Origin: Octopus vulgaris
Taxonomy: Eukaryota
NCBI GenBank assembly: GCA_951406725.2
Contig: OX597821.1
Location: 89,342,001-89,406,000, forward strand
Length of the DNA: 64,000 nt
Direction of reading: 5' to 3'
The notes under the pieces were generated by a model. The model ran no database searches, was not told the DNA's origin, and saw only the letters and a program-made list of their open reading frames with translations. The position numbers were made by a program, and so were the translations under genes. Numbering within the stretch: position 1 is the stretch's first letter; every line of letters begins with the position of its first letter. Below, piece after piece: positions 1-12,659 of the stretch.

Positions 1-165
1 CATAGGTGACATTTACTGGACTTCATTGGATTCCAACAATGGCAACATGCTGGATTCTTCTAACCAGGAAACACTTAAACCATTGCAGCAGCTTTCTATA
101 GACTCTAGAAATGGACAGTTTTAACGACAGAATATTGTGGTCAACTCTGTTGATGGCCTTACAAA
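1..165 (-). mobile_element. Decayed CR1-like LINE reverse transcriptase fragment
   Basis: Minus strand reads [39 protein letters not shown], resembling the LINE RT motif KAFDxVxH...LLxWIxxFLxxRxQxV. Confidence 0.7.
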
Positions 166-270
166 TTATATACCTACCTACACACAACGATGTATACAAG
201 CATACACACACACATATATATATATATATATATGCATATACATATGTATGTATGTATCTATGTATGTATG

Positions 271-320
<50 letters not shown>

Positions 321-345
321 ACATAGTCACATAAATAGTCACATA

Positions 346-680
346 GGAGTGGCTGTGTGGTGAGTAGCTTGCTTATGAACTACATGGTTCCGGGTTCAGT
401 CCCACTACGTGGCACCTTGGGCAAGTGTCTTCTGCTATAGCCTCGGGCCGACCAAAGCCTTGTGAGTGGATTTGGTAGACGGAAACTGAAAGTTGCCAGT
501 TGTATATATGTATCGCTTGACAACCGATGCTAGTGTGTTTACGTCCCTGGAACTTAGTGGTTTGGCAAAAGAGACCGATAGAATAAGTACTAGCCTTACA
601 AAGAATATGTCCTGGGTTTGATTTCTTTTAAGGCAGTGCTCTAGCATGGCCACAGTCAAATGACTGAAACAAGTAAATGA
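346..680 (+). mobile_element. SINE family A (tRNA-like head, internal TA/TG microsatellite, GTAAAAGA-type tail)
   Basis: Head GGAGTGGCTGTGTGG...GGTTCAGTCCC with pol III A/B-box-like motifs; same sequence recurs more than 12 times in the window. Confidence 0.9.
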
Positions 681-711
681 AAAAGAAAATTTTAAAAATG
701 AATATCTCGGC

Positions 712-870
712 ATCAGCAAAGCCATCAACAGAGTTAACCACATTCTGTTGTTAGAACTGTCCAACACTTGACCAATGGATAAAAGAGCAGTGTTATGTAT
801 GTTGGTAAATAAACAAAACATTTCTGAGCTCTGTTTGATTTTCTTAATGACCCAGTCCACCACTGTGGTC
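712..870 (+). mobile_element. Second CR1-like RT fragment, inverted relative to 1-165
   Basis: GCCATCAACAGAGTTAACCACATTCTGTTGTTAGAACTGTCCA matches the reverse complement of about 112-158 (KAINRVNH). Confidence 0.6.
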
Positions 871-884
871 CTATAATACTTTTA

Positions 885-1103
885 CCCTTTCATTACTGCA
901 TTTATTTTGAGATGTTCTGTGTTTCTTTCAATTACTTTAGATATAACAAAGAATTTAGAAAAATAACTTAGTTGTCATTAAGCTAGTGTTAGGAACATAA
1001 ATTGTTACTAAGGTTTGGTGGTATATTTTAATGCAAAACTTATGAAAATAAGACATTTGTACTAGGAGTCAGAGCTGGTTTTGGCCGGGTTGGTAACGAA
1101 ATG
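885..1103. mobile_element. TTAA-type (piggyBac-like) MITE, degenerate ends
   Basis: About 220-bp sequence homologous to 5000-5221 and 62004-62224; begins CCCTTTCATTACT. Confidence 0.8.
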
Positions 1104-1381
1104 TTAGTTTTTATGCTATCCTGTGAATTTCTTTTCACTACTCAAGTATTTTTATTACTGTCAATATGGGTGCCACTGGGCATTGTGTTTTAGCTAATTA
1201 TCTTATTATGTAACCTCCTGATTTTTCTCATGGTTTCTCTCTTTTTCTTTTCTCCTTGGAGCCTTCTCATGATTTTGCTAACAATCATTTGGGTGTATTT
1301 TCAAAGTGTTGGTGACTATGACCTCAAGTTTGTATCAAGTTGTTTCAATGTCAGAGAAAGTGTGAGTGAAAGACCAGTCAA

Positions 1382-1905
1382 TCATCATCATCATCATCAT
1401 CATCGTTTAACATCCACTTTCCATGCTGGCATGGGTTGGACGGTTCAACTGGGGTCTGGGAAGCCCGAAGGCTGCACCAGGCCAGTCAGATCTGGCAATG
1501 TTTCTACAGCTGGATACCCTTCCTAATGCCAACCACTCCGTGAGTGTAGTGGGTGCTTTTTATGTGCCATCGACACAGGTGCCAGACGAGGCTGGCGAAC
1601 GGCCATGCTCAGATGGTGCTTTTTATGTGCCACCGGCACAGAGGCCAGGCGCGGCTGGCGAATGGCCATGCTCAGATGGTGATTTTTACGTGCCACCGGC
1701 ACGGAGGCCAGGCGAGGCTGGCAACGGCCATGATCGGATGGTGTTTGTTACGTGCCACCAGCACGGCGGCCAGTCGATGCGGTGCTGGCTACGGCCACGT
1801 TCGGATGGTTCTTTATTTTATGTGCCACCGGCACTGGTACCACAACTACAAATTCCATTGATGTTGATCGATTTCGATTTTGATATGATTTTTGATTTTC
1901 ACTTG
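1382..1905 (-). mobile_element. Family C retroposon ((GAT)n tail, internal ~62-bp tandem units)
   Basis: (CAT)n followed by CGTTTAACATCC...CCTTCCTAATGCCAACCACTCC and repeated GTGCCACCGGCAC units; many copies in the window. Confidence 0.85.
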
Positions 1906-2094
1906 ATAAATAATAAATAGTTGCTCCCTTGTCTGCTTCGTGCGGAGTCAACTTGTTAAATGGGTTTTGATATTTTGGAAACTAAGAACACAGAGTATCA
2001 TGCTATGGTCAAAGAGAGGAGAATTTAATCAACTGAAATATTGATAAAAGATCATGATCAAAGAGGAGAAGTTTATCCATTGAGATGCTTTTGA

Positions 2095-2240
2095 TGGTGC
2101 CAGAGTACTTTCTTAATACTATGTCCAGTATACTTTTGGTGCGTCTTGTTGGCTCAAGCATAAGTTGAGAAAGCAATCAATCATCCATAAAGTCACACAG
2201 CAATTCAACTGTTGCTTGTTTTGAACTTAGATGTAGTTCC
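2095..2240 (-). mobile_element. Decayed LINE AP-endonuclease fragment (CR1-like)
   Basis: Minus strand reads ELLCDFMDD*LLSQLMLEPTRRTKSILDIVL, resembling the LxQxxxEPTR..ILDLVL motif. Confidence 0.55.
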
Positions 2241-2295
2241 ATATTTACAAAGTATTTGTAGGTTACCATTATACAGGGAATACTGAAATCATCCA

Positions 2296-2537
2296 CTCTT
2301 TTACTCTTTTACTTGTTTCAGTCATTTGACTGCGGCCATGCTGGAGCACCACTTTTAGTTGAGCAAATCGACCCCAGGACTTGTTCTTTGGAAGCCTAGT
2401 ACTTATTCTATGAGTCTCATTTTGCCAAAATGCCAAGTTACGGAGACGTAAACGCACCAGCATTAGTTGTCAAGCGATGTTGGGGAAACAAACACAGACA
2501 CACGAACATATACACACACATACATACATATATATAC

Positions 2538-2576
<39 letters not shown>

Positions 2577-2579
2577 TAG

Positions 2580-2626
<47 letters not shown>

Positions 2627-2797
2627 CATATATTTAATGGGCTTCTTTCAGCTTCTATCTACTAAATCCACTCACAAGGCTTTGGTTAGCTGGAGGCTAT
2701 AGTAGAAGACACTTGCCCAATGTGCCATGCAGTGGGAAGGAACCCAGAACCATGTGGTTCATAAGCAAGCTACTTACCACACAGCCGCTTCTATGCC
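2296..2797 (-). mobile_element. SINE family A with expanded internal (TA)n
   Basis: Reverse complement of family A from tail to head. Confidence 0.9.
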
Positions 2798-3059
2798 TAC
2801 AGCTACTTAGCGTATGATCTATTGCAATCTTGGTTAGTGTTTAGGGATAGCTTTAAGGTTTGATGTGAAGGTATTTCTTCTGTTTTTAATCTCTTCTTTT
2901 GTGAAATTATTTAGTAGTTCTAAGAATTGGAATGTGTCTGCAGTTTTGCACTTTGGTTTTGTCATTGCTTTTTTGCTGTTATTTTCAGTTTTGCACCCTT
3001 TAGATAGAACTAATTGTGTTCCATGTTCAGCTATGTTTTCGGAGTAAAAAGAGTGTTCT

Positions 3060-3273
3060 CTCTCTTTTTACTCTTTTACTTGCTTCAGTTATTTGACTGC
3101 GGCCATGCTGGAGCACCGCCTTTAGTCGAGCAAATCGACCCCGGGACTTATTCTTTTGTAAGCCCAGTACTTATTCGATCGGTCTCTTTTTGCCGAACCG
3201 CTAAGTGACGGGGACGTAAACACACTAGCATCGGTTGTCAAGCAATGCTAGGGGAACAAACACAGACACACAA

Positions 3274-3304
<31 letters not shown>

Positions 3305-3476
3305 CATATATACGACAGGCTTCTTTCAGTTTCCGTCTACCAAATCCACTCACACGGCATTGGTCGGCCCGGGGCTATAGCAGAAGACACTTGCCCAAGA
3401 TGCCACGCAGTGGGACTGAACCCGGAACCATGTGGTTGGTTAGCAAGCTACTTACCACACAGCCACTCCTGTGCCT
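3060..3476 (-). mobile_element. SINE family A, full length
   Basis: Near-identical to the reverse complement of 13733-14137. Confidence 0.9.
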
Positions 3477-3799
3477 ATACAATTTCAGATGGAAGATGGT
3501 TTGCTTTTGGCTGGTATGTCTCCTTATTTAGGGTTAAGGCAAAAGACTCTGTATTTAGAACAGGGGATGAATGTAGGATAAAATTTTCCCTTTATACCAT
3601 GTGGACTAATGTTTTGTGAAGTCTACAGCATAAGGGATACTGCGAAAAAGGGCATTGGCCTTTGTTATTGCTGCCATGAGGTCCAAGTTTACATATGTCC
3701 CGTGCATAATATCAGCAAGCGTATGAAGTGGAACAGAGATTTTATTATTTATTTTTTTTATTTTGGTTTATGAAATAATTTAAGAATCATTTTTTCTTT

Positions 3800-3850
3800 T
3801 TTTTATCTAGTTTCAGCTCACGAGCTGTGGCCATGCTGGGGCACCGCCAT
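3800..3850 (-). mobile_element. Isolated family-A-type 3' tail variant
   Basis: Minus strand GGCGGTGCCCCAGCATGGCCACAGCTCGTGAGCTGAAAC. Confidence 0.65.
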
Positions 3851-4011
3851 TTTTATTAACAATGTTGACATAGTAGTAGGGGTGTTGCAGTTCTAAGTCA
3901 ACTTGTTGAAGCAGATCCTTTGTCAGAAAAAAATTGGATGGAATGAGGTCAGAAGGTGAAGCCCAAAATCACAAAATTGTAGAAGCTTATTGGTACTAAG
4001 TTCTTTTGGGA

Positions 4012-4170
4012 GTTAGTTAGTTAGTTAGTTGATTTTTTGGCTCAAAAAGCAAAAAGCAAGGCCATGTAGGGGAACATGGAGTTATGTACAGGGTGGTGTT
4101 CATGTAAAGAGTTCAGGCCACTTGAGGTCAAGGGAGACTTTGAACTGAGCGGTCGTCGGCATCTTCACCA
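4012..4170 (-). mobile_element. 5'-truncated CR1/L2-like LINE 3' end with (AACT)n tail
   Basis: Minus strand VKMPTTAQFKVSLDLKWPELFT* followed by a short UTR and a tetranucleotide tail. Confidence 0.6.
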
Positions 4171-4761
4171 TACTAACCAGTTACTAACCTGCTGGAGCAG
4201 GATCAGAGAATGCACTGCACTCATTGACTATTACAATTTCTAGTTTGTAGATGTGCTTGTGCGCAAAGTGGAATTAATTTGCAATTTCTTAAATTTTAAT
4301 CTCAAGTTGCTTCTCAGTTCTATTAAAAGAGAGTGAAGGAAATTTTTTTGGTAATTTTAGTGTACATATCTATTTCCCTGTCATCGTGATGGTCAGAGCA
4401 AGCATTTATTATAGAATTAATTTTATTTTCTATCCAATGAGGCTTGAAAATACTTTTGGGAGATAGAGAATACTTACATTGGACATATGAAATTAATCTG
4501 TCAGTAGACTTAATTTTATTATACATCTTTGTTTTCATTTTGTTTTTCTCTCATAATGACAGACATACATAAGTATGTGTGAAAGAGCTAATGGTGTGAC
4601 ATGGACACAAAGGTCAAGGAGTAACTTTTGAGATTTTGGTTTTTTTTTTCAGAATTGGAAATGGAAATGCATTTAATTTGTTGATACATGCAGATAGAAG
4701 CTAAATGTTTGTATACATCAGTGTTTGAGTAGGTGTATATGTATTTATATATATATACATA

Positions 4762-4935
4762 TAGGCACAGGTGTGGCTGTATGGTAAGAAGTTCCCTTCC
4801 CAATCACATGGTTTTAGATTCAGTTCCACTGTATGGTACAATGGGCAAGAGTCTTCCACTATAGCCGCTGAACTACCAAAGCCTTGTGAGTGGATTTGAT
4901 AGATGGAAACTGAAAGAAGCCCCTCATATATGTGT
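4762..4935 (+). mobile_element. SINE family A 5' part (diverged)
   Basis: Head plus CCTTGTGAGTGGATTTG...GGAAACTGAAAGAAGC. Confidence 0.8.
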
Positions 4936-4999
4936 GAATGTCAGTAAAATAAGTACCAGTTAAGCACTGAAAATGTAATTGACTTAACCCCTCCCTTAA

Positions 5000-5221
5000 C
5001 CCTCTTGTTACTGTATTTATTTTGAGATGCTCTGTGTTTCTTTCAATTAATTTTAAATATAATAAAGAATTCAGTAAAATAACTTAGTTACCAATAAGCT
5101 AGTGTTAAGAATATAAATTGTAACTAAGGTTTGGTGGAAGATTTTTATTCAAAACTTATGAAAACGAGACATTTGTACTACATAGCCAGAGCCGGTTTCA
5201 GCTGGGTTGGTATCAAAAGGG
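5000..5221. mobile_element. TTAA-type (piggyBac-like) MITE
   Basis: TTAA at 4996-4999 and 5222-5225, ends CCCT...AGGG; interrupts a family B fragment. Confidence 0.85.
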
Positions 5222-5257
5222 TTAAATTGCTGCCCTCATAAAAAATTTGAAACTAGT

Positions 5258-5450
5258 GGGAAGGTAGCAGAATCCTTAGCAACCAAGGCAAAATGCTTAG
5301 TGCCATTTTGCCTGTCTTTGCATTTGGAGTTCAAATTCTACTGAGGTCAATTTTGCCTTTCATCCTTTCAGGGTCAATAAAACGAGTACCAGTTTAGTAC
5401 TGGGGTAGATGTGTTTGACTTTGATAGTCATGGACCAAATTTTGAAGCCA
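5258..5450 (+). mobile_element. SINE family B (diverged)
   Basis: GAGTTCAAATTC B-box-like motif plus GCCTTTCATCCTTTCAGGGTCAATAAAA core. Confidence 0.8.
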
Positions 5451-6310
5451 TTATCATCATCATCATTGCCATTGTCATTATCATCATCATCATTATTATG
5501 ACATGCAGTAGTAGTAGTAGTAGTAGTAGTAGCAGCAGTAGTAGTAGCACTAGTAGTAGCAGTAGCATAATGATCAGTATAATCACTACCATAGCCATCA
5601 TCATCCTCATTATTCTGTTTAAGATATTTTTTTCCAGATTTAACATTTACTCTTTTTCCATTTTTTTTTTGCTTTTCCACTGAGTTAAATAATTCACTAA
5701 ATTCTCTGAAATAAAATAATATTAGCCCCAGGTAAAATATTATTCACATAAAATGCCTTTCTCAGAATGCCATTTCCTTTAAAAGGATTATTCTAAGCAG
5801 AAGCAGAACACACAATACTCAAAATAGAAGGAATATATATTTTTTTTATAGCTGTCTTGCTGTATGAATTTTTTTGAGTGAATTTAGATTTTTCTGGAGG
5901 AATATTTTTTTTCTCATTCGTAAATGTAAGTGATTTGAGTTATTGAAAGAAAATTTTAAAATCTCTATTTCTCACCTTTATAGCATTTCTAAAAAATAAA
6001 ATCCACATTGGCTTAACAGTAAACTCTCAACCAAGTTGGTAACAATACACATAAACACATTGATATACATACATAAATGCATATATATGATTAAACACAT
6101 GCACACATACACACACACATATACATGTGCATGTGTGTACACATGTATATACACACACAGTATGGATATTCTGAGTGTGTATGTGCACATATACACATAT
6201 GAAGTAGCATTTCTGATCTTCTTACTCGGGGATATTGTGAAATTGCATCCCTATTCTATAGCTTGCAGAAACAACTTATACACCTACCTACACACAACGA
6301 TGTACACAAG

Positions 6311-6350
<40 letters not shown>

Positions 6351-6386
6351 TGTACATATGTATGTATATATGTATGTATATTTATG

Positions 6387-6444
<58 letters not shown>

Positions 6445-6447
6445 CAT

Positions 6448-6496
<49 letters not shown>

Positions 6497-6609
6497 GATA
6501 AATATATACATACACATACATATATGTAGTATATAAATGTGTGCTCTAGCATGGCCACAGCCTTAGGGCTGAAACATATAAAAGAATATATATATACATG
6601 TGTGTGTGC

Positions 6610-6649
<40 letters not shown>

Positions 6650-7543
6650 CATAAGTAACTACGTTTGTATATACATAAAATTATATAGTCCATTAGTGAT
6701 ATATTGTAATTTCACATTTGTTGCTATACATAGGTAAAGCAATAATCAGATGACAAAATCATCCAGTTTCTACAAGATCTGTGATGTAGCAGAAAGTGGT
6801 GGAGTTTGTCACCTGATAATCGATTTGCATGGAATTTAGTATGAAACTTGAAGTAATAATGTATTAGCATTAACGTTCTATATCCCTACACATACTCACA
6901 CTCACAATATATATACATGCTTACATACATCCAATCATCTATGCTTACAAACATATGTGCTTGAACACAATCTAAAAATTCTATTACTGCAACGGGTTCC
7001 ACCCATCTTCAAAGGTATCTGAAAATGTCACATTCTAATAACTTTTATAAAAAGCAAATTCGTAGATTCCCTCTCCTCAGCCTAAAGGATAATTTAGCAT
7101 TTACCAGTACCAGATCTTACTAAAATATCCATATCAAGAGAGGTTTGATGCTAAAACTTATTTTTCTTTACTAGTTGGTCCTTTTTAAATGTAAAATATA
7201 AATTGACTGTAAAATTTAAAGCTTCCTTCAACATGGTAATTCTATGTATTAATGAAGCATTTGATATTTTTTTCATTCAGAATGTCAAATCAGTGATTTG
7301 TTTCCAGGAGTAGGTGAAGATGTGAGGTAATGATGACTTAGTAATAAGGAGTCGGGGTGCTCGTAGTGATGTTAGTGAATTTGTATATTTGAATTTTCTT
7401 GAATTTACACAGAAACACTTGAGATATAAAATAAAATACTCTTTAAAATTATGCATGCATACACAATCAATTACTCGTTAAAATCCAAATACAGCAGGTG
7501 GATTTGGCTGACAGAGGCTGAAAGAAGCCTGTTCTGTATACAT

Positions 7544-7579
<36 letters not shown>

Positions 7580-7581
<2 letters not shown>

Positions 7582-7717
7582 GGTGTAGGAGTGGCTGTGT
7601 GGTAAGTAGCTTGCTTACCGACCACATGGTTCTGGGTTCAGTCCCACTGTGTGGCACCTCGAGCCGAGCAAAGCCTTGTGAGTGGATTTGGTGGACAGAA
7701 ACTGAAAGAAGCCCATC

Positions 7718-7720
<3 letters not shown>
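7580..7720 (+). mobile_element. SINE family A 5' part
   Basis: Head and first body segment ending in (TA)n. Confidence 0.85.
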
Positions 7721-7749
<29 letters not shown>

Positions 7750-7755
<6 letters not shown>

Positions 7756-8127
7756 GTGAATGAATTATCCTATGTTTATTATCGTCAACATGGAAAATTT
7801 GTTTAACTGAAACCTGGGTAGCAAATTCACGTCAGAAACACAGTTGAAGTGACCTGTCCAAGGGTAGAAACTCCGGGTTCATGTGCAGAAATTTGTGTGT
7901 TGTATATGAATAAATGAAAGAATGGAGTCGAATGAAGATGTTAACAAAATTCCTTTACTCTCGACATATGTTTCGAAGACAACATGTTTTCATTCCAAAG
8001 GAATAAAGGGTGCATTATGCAATTTCAATGCACCCTTTATTCCTTTGGAATGAAAACATCTTGTCTTCGAAACATATGTCGAGAGTAAAGGAATTTTGTT
8101 AACATCTTTGTTCAACTCCATTCTTTC

Positions 8128-8133
<6 letters not shown>
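7750..8133. mobile_element. Penelope-like terminal-repeat fragment with ~107-bp fold-back, in (TA)n
   Basis: Inverted arms 7910-8016 and 8027-8133 with 10-nt loop; homologous to 29955-30392; carries the GAAACATATGTC half of a hammerhead. Confidence 0.7.
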
Positions 8134-8208
<75 letters not shown>

Positions 8209-8419
8209 ATACAAAGTGGTATCAGAATGTTCCCAGACTAGTTATACTTAATAAAAAGTAATTTATTTACCTAAGTATTAACATCATCTACTTTGAAATG
8301 GTCAACTTGTGCAGCAATATACTGGCCCCATTTATTATGGTGTCCTGTGCCCATATATGCATGTGTATATACATATATATGTATATATATATGTATGCAT
8401 GTATGCAAATATATTTATT

Positions 8420-8760
8420 CGCCAGCCTCGTCTGGCACCTGTGTCGGTGACACATAAGAAAACACCATCCGAGCGTGGCCGTCTGCCAGCCTCGTCTGGC
8501 ACCTGTGTCGGTGGCACATAAAAAACACCATCCGAGCGTGGCCGTCTGCCAGCCTCGTCTGGCACCTGTGTCGGTGGCACATAAAATCACCCACTACACT
8601 CTTGGAGTGGTTGGCGTTAGGAAGGGCATCCAGCTGTAGAAACACTGCCAGATCTGACTGGCCTGGTGCAGCCTTCGGGCTTGCCAGACCCCAGTTGAAC
8701 CGTCCAACCCATGCTAGCATGGAAAGCGGACGTTAAACGATGATGATGATGATGATGATG
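8420..8760 (+). mobile_element. Family C retroposon, 5'-truncated
   Basis: Three ~63-bp units, then GAGTGGTTGGCGTTAGGAAGGGCATCCAGC and (GAT)n tail. Confidence 0.85.
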
Positions 8761-8856
8761 TTATTTATATTACTATATGATTGAATGCCACACATCCAAT
8801 TCCAAGTAAGTTTTATCTATCTATCTATCTATCTATCTTTCTATACATATATACAT

Positions 8857-9067
8857 ATCACTTTGATCACTTTGACTGACCAGTCCGTCAGTTGTCCATT
8901 TGACACCGCTGGTCACAGCATGCTGTCCACTCCTCTCTGGATCGCGCCTTTCTCATCCACGTGATCCCAATCGTCCTCTTGAAATCGTCACTCCACAGTC
9001 GTGGAGGTCTTCTGGGTGGTCTTTTCCACTCACGCGGGTACCACTCGACAACTGCGTGCGTCCACCG
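8857..9067 (-). mobile_element. RTE-like LINE 3' end
   Basis: Minus strand RWTHAVVEWYPREWKRPPRRPPRLWSDDF...WMRKARSREEW, an RTE-type C-terminus; tail ends (AAAGTGATC)-type repeat. Confidence 0.8.
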
Positions 9068-9099
9068 ATTATATATATATATAAATCTTTTTTTTTTGT

Positions 9100-9507
9100 T
9101 TTTACTTGTTTCAGTCATTTGACTGCGACCATGCTGGAGCACCACCTTTAATCGAGCAACTCGACCCCGGGACTTATTCTTTCGTAAGCCCAGTACTTAT
9201 TCTATCGGTCTCTTTTGCCGAACTTCTAAGTAACGGGGACATAAACACACCAGCATCGGTTGTCAAACAATGCCAGGGGGACAAACACAGACACACAAAC
9301 ACACACACGCATATATATATATATATATTTATACATATATACAACGGGCTTCTTTCAGTTTCCGTCTACCAAATCCACTCACAAGGCTTTGGTCGGCCCG
9401 GGGCTATAGCAGAAGACACTTGCCCAAGTTGCCACGCAGTGGGGCTGAACCCGGAACCGTGTGGTTGGTAAACAAGCTACTTACCACACAGCCACTCCTG
9501 CACCTAT
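9100..9507 (-). mobile_element. SINE family A, full length
   Basis: Reverse complement of family A. Confidence 0.9.
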
Positions 9508-9520
9508 ACATAAATATATA

Positions 9521-9648
9521 TACTTTATTTTAAGCAGCAGATTTTGTTGAATTTTCTGCTGCTTAAAATAAAGCATATTACTCTACCACTGGTATTTGAG
9601 TACTCTTTTTTCCACCTTGTTTCACATTTATGTGTTTACTCCGGTCAT
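9521..9648 (+). mobile_element. Penelope-like terminal-repeat 3' fragment with short fold-back, in (TA)n
   Basis: 9568-9645 matches the reverse complement of about 43345-43425; 18-bp inverted repeat CTTTATTTTAAGCAGCAG / CTGCTGCTTAAAATAAAG. Confidence 0.75.
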
Positions 9649-10332
9649 AAATATATATATACATATACATACATATATATATACAATATATATATATTTG
9701 TCTGGGAGAAAGTCTTATTGTAGTTTAAGATGTGACAAACACTTCATTTGCTTCTTTGGTTTTAATTGATATATTTAATCAGGATAGTATTTTTTCTCAT
9801 TATAGATAGCATAATCCCTTGTAATTGGAAAATTGTTCATCCTTCAGGCAAAGAATTCTTCAGCTTTCAGTGTGAAAAAAAAAAACACTAAATATCAATT
9901 TTAACCTCTTCACAAATAACAAACTGTTTCTCCCTTTAAATAATGTAATAGAGATATGAAAAGATGACCCTCAGATGAATGCAGGTCAGGAGTGTAGCAT
10001 GACTGACACTAAACTTTCATATTGAGAGGCATAATTCATGAGTTACTCAGGCATTATGTGGCATAGTGTTACTGTGTAAGAGCAACACCCTTTTACAATT
10101 GAATACCGATGAACACTTTTTCTGAAAGTCTTTATGCAATGCTTCTGATTGACAACAGTTCTTCTCTGCACAAACTATTCTATTCTTGTTTGGCTTTAGA
10201 GCATCATTCCTCCCAAATACAGGGCATAAAAATTTGGTGGGATACAGTCCTAGTTTAGGTAGTTTGTTGAAGGATTTTCTAATGTTTTTTGTGTGCTAAC
10301 CATTGTTGTAATCACCAGGTATAATTATAGAG

Positions 10333-10565
10333 TAGGCGTCGAGCTGGCAGAACCATTAGCACGCCGGGCAAAATGCTTAGCGGTATTTCGTCTGCCATTG
10401 CGTTCTGAGCTCAAATTACGCCGAGGTCGACTTTGCCTTTCATCCTTTCGGGGTCGATAAATTAAGTACCAGTTACGCACTGGGGTCGATATAATTGACT
10501 TAATCCGTTTGTCTGTCCTTGTTTGTCCCTCTATGTTTAGCCCGTTGTGGGCAGTAAAGAAATAG
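10333..10565 (+). mobile_element. SINE family B monomer with TSD
   Basis: Complete head and body; 19-bp direct repeat AGGTATAATTATAGAGTAG at 10317-10335 and 10564-10582. Confidence 0.9.
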
Positions 10566-10929
10566 GTATAATTATAGAGTAGCCAGTTTTTATCACTTGT
10601 AATGATGCTAACCAGAAAGAACACAATAGCAAGTCTACTCTCCAATGATGAGAAGCAGGCAATTCTTTGATGAAGCCAAGTAGCAGTCATGATAATGAAG
10701 GATATCTGGCTATGATGAAATATTACTTTTCTTGGAAACAGGTAAGAGTGGTGACAGGGAGGATATCTTCCCATTAAAAATCTGCTTCGATAAATTCTGT
10801 TTGATTCATAGAAGTATGGAAAAGTGGATGTTTAAATAATGATAATGACACACACACATATCTACTCAAATACAAAAATACTGTTAAGATTTAGATGAAG
10901 GGATTGTGAGCCACAACTTTAAGAATAAA

Positions 10930-11322
10930 TGTGTGGTAAGTAGCTTGTTTACCAACCACATGGTTCCAGGTTCAGTCCCACTGCATGGCACCTCGGGCAA
11001 GTGTCTTCTACAATAGCCTCAGGCTGACCAAAGCCTTGTGAGTGGATTTGGTAGATGGAAACTGAAAGAAGCCCGTCGTATATATGTATATATATATATG
11101 CGTGTGTGTGTTTTTGTGTCTGTGTTTGTCCCCCTAACATTGCTTGACAACTGATACTGATGTGCTTATGTCCCCGTTACTTAGCGGTTCAGCAAAAGAG
11201 ACCGATAGAATAAGTACTGGGCTTACAAAAGAATAAGTCCCGGGGTCGAGTTGTTCAATTAACGGCGGTGCTCCAGCATGGCCACAGTCAAATGACTGAA
11301 ACAAGTAAAAGAGCAAAAGAGT
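10930..11322 (+). mobile_element. SINE family A
   Basis: Matches family A through the GAAACAAGTAAAAGAG tail. Confidence 0.9.
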
Positions 11323-11439
11323 ATATTGTAGTGATGAAATAATTTGACTAAAGTATACTAAAGACAAGTCACTTTGATGCATGTCTGTATTGAGTTCTAT
11401 CTAACACCAGTTTATTTGGGTCACTATGCCTAAGCAAAA

Positions 11440-12125
11440 TCTTGGTTTCAAATTTTGGCCCAATGGCCAGTAAGTTTGGAGAAAGGAGTAAGTTGATTAC
11501 ATCAACCCCAGTACTGAAATGGTACTCTTTTTATCGATCCCAAAGAGGTGAAAGGCATAGCTGACCGTGGCAGAATTTGAACTCAGGATGTAAAAACAGA
11601 TAAAACGGCACCTAAGCATTTTGCCCTGTGTGCTAACGACTCTGCTAGCTTGCTGACTTAATAACAACGATAATGATACCCACAATGATATTGCTTTAAT
11701 AATCCTTTCTACTAAACACACAAGGCCTGAAATTTGGGGAAGGAGACTAGTTGATTTCATCGACCCCAAGTGTTTCACTGGTACTTAATTTATTGACACT
11801 GAAAGGATGAAAGGCAAAGTTGACCTCGGCAGAATTTGAACTCAGAACATAGTGGCAGAAGAAATACCGTTAAGCATTTCACCCAGTGTGCTATTGATTC
11901 TGCCAGCTTGCTACCTTTATAATATTCTTTTCTACTCTAGGCTCAAGGCCCGAAATTTTGGGGGAGGGTGCCAAGCGGTTAGATCGACCGCCATACACAA
12001 ACGGTACCTGAAAGGATGAAAGGCAAAGTCAACCTTCACGGAATTCGAACTCAGAATGTAGTGACAGACAAAATACAGCTAAGCATTTTGCCCAGCATGC
12101 TATTGATTCTGTCAGCTCGTCACCT
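11440..12125 (-). mobile_element. Three consecutive family B-type SINEs (alternative tail)
   Basis: Three occurrences of GAAAGG(A/T)TGAAAGGCA...GAATT(T/C)GAACTCAG, separated by short TAA-rich spacers. Confidence 0.8.
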
Positions 12126-12165
12126 ATATGCATGTACATATGTATGTATGTATATATATATATAT

Positions 12166-12462
12166 ATCATCATCATCATCGTTTAGCGTCCGCTTTCCAT
12201 ACTAGCATGGGTTGGACAGTTCAACTGGGGTCTGGGAAGCCAGAAGGCTGCACCAGGCCCAGTTTGATCTGGCAATGTTTCTATTGCTGGATGCCCTTCC
12301 TAATGCCAACCACTCCATGAGTGTAGTGGGTGCTTTTTACGTGCCAGACAGGGCTGGCAAACGGCCACTATCAGATGGTGCTTTTTATGTGCCACCGGCA
12401 CGGGGGCCAGGCGAGGCTGGCAATGGCCATGAATGGATGGTGCTTTTTACGTGCCACCAGCA
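12166..12462 (-). mobile_element. Family C retroposon
   Basis: (CAT)n tail and core on the minus strand. Confidence 0.85.
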
Positions 12463-12470
12463 TATATATA

Positions 12471-12545
<75 letters not shown>

Positions 12546-12659
12546 GCTTTAATCATAAGGACAGATAGAAAAAAACCAAGAATATGAAACAGAAAGACAG
12601 TGGGCAAGAGACATGAGAAAAAGCAAAGGAAAATCAAGGGTACTTTTTAAAATATGTTT

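Noticed and set aside
1423-1920. Recurring ORFs such as MFLQLDALPNANHS and PRCHAVGLNPEPCGW
   Set aside because: Incidental translations of families C and A; frames and stops are not conserved between copies
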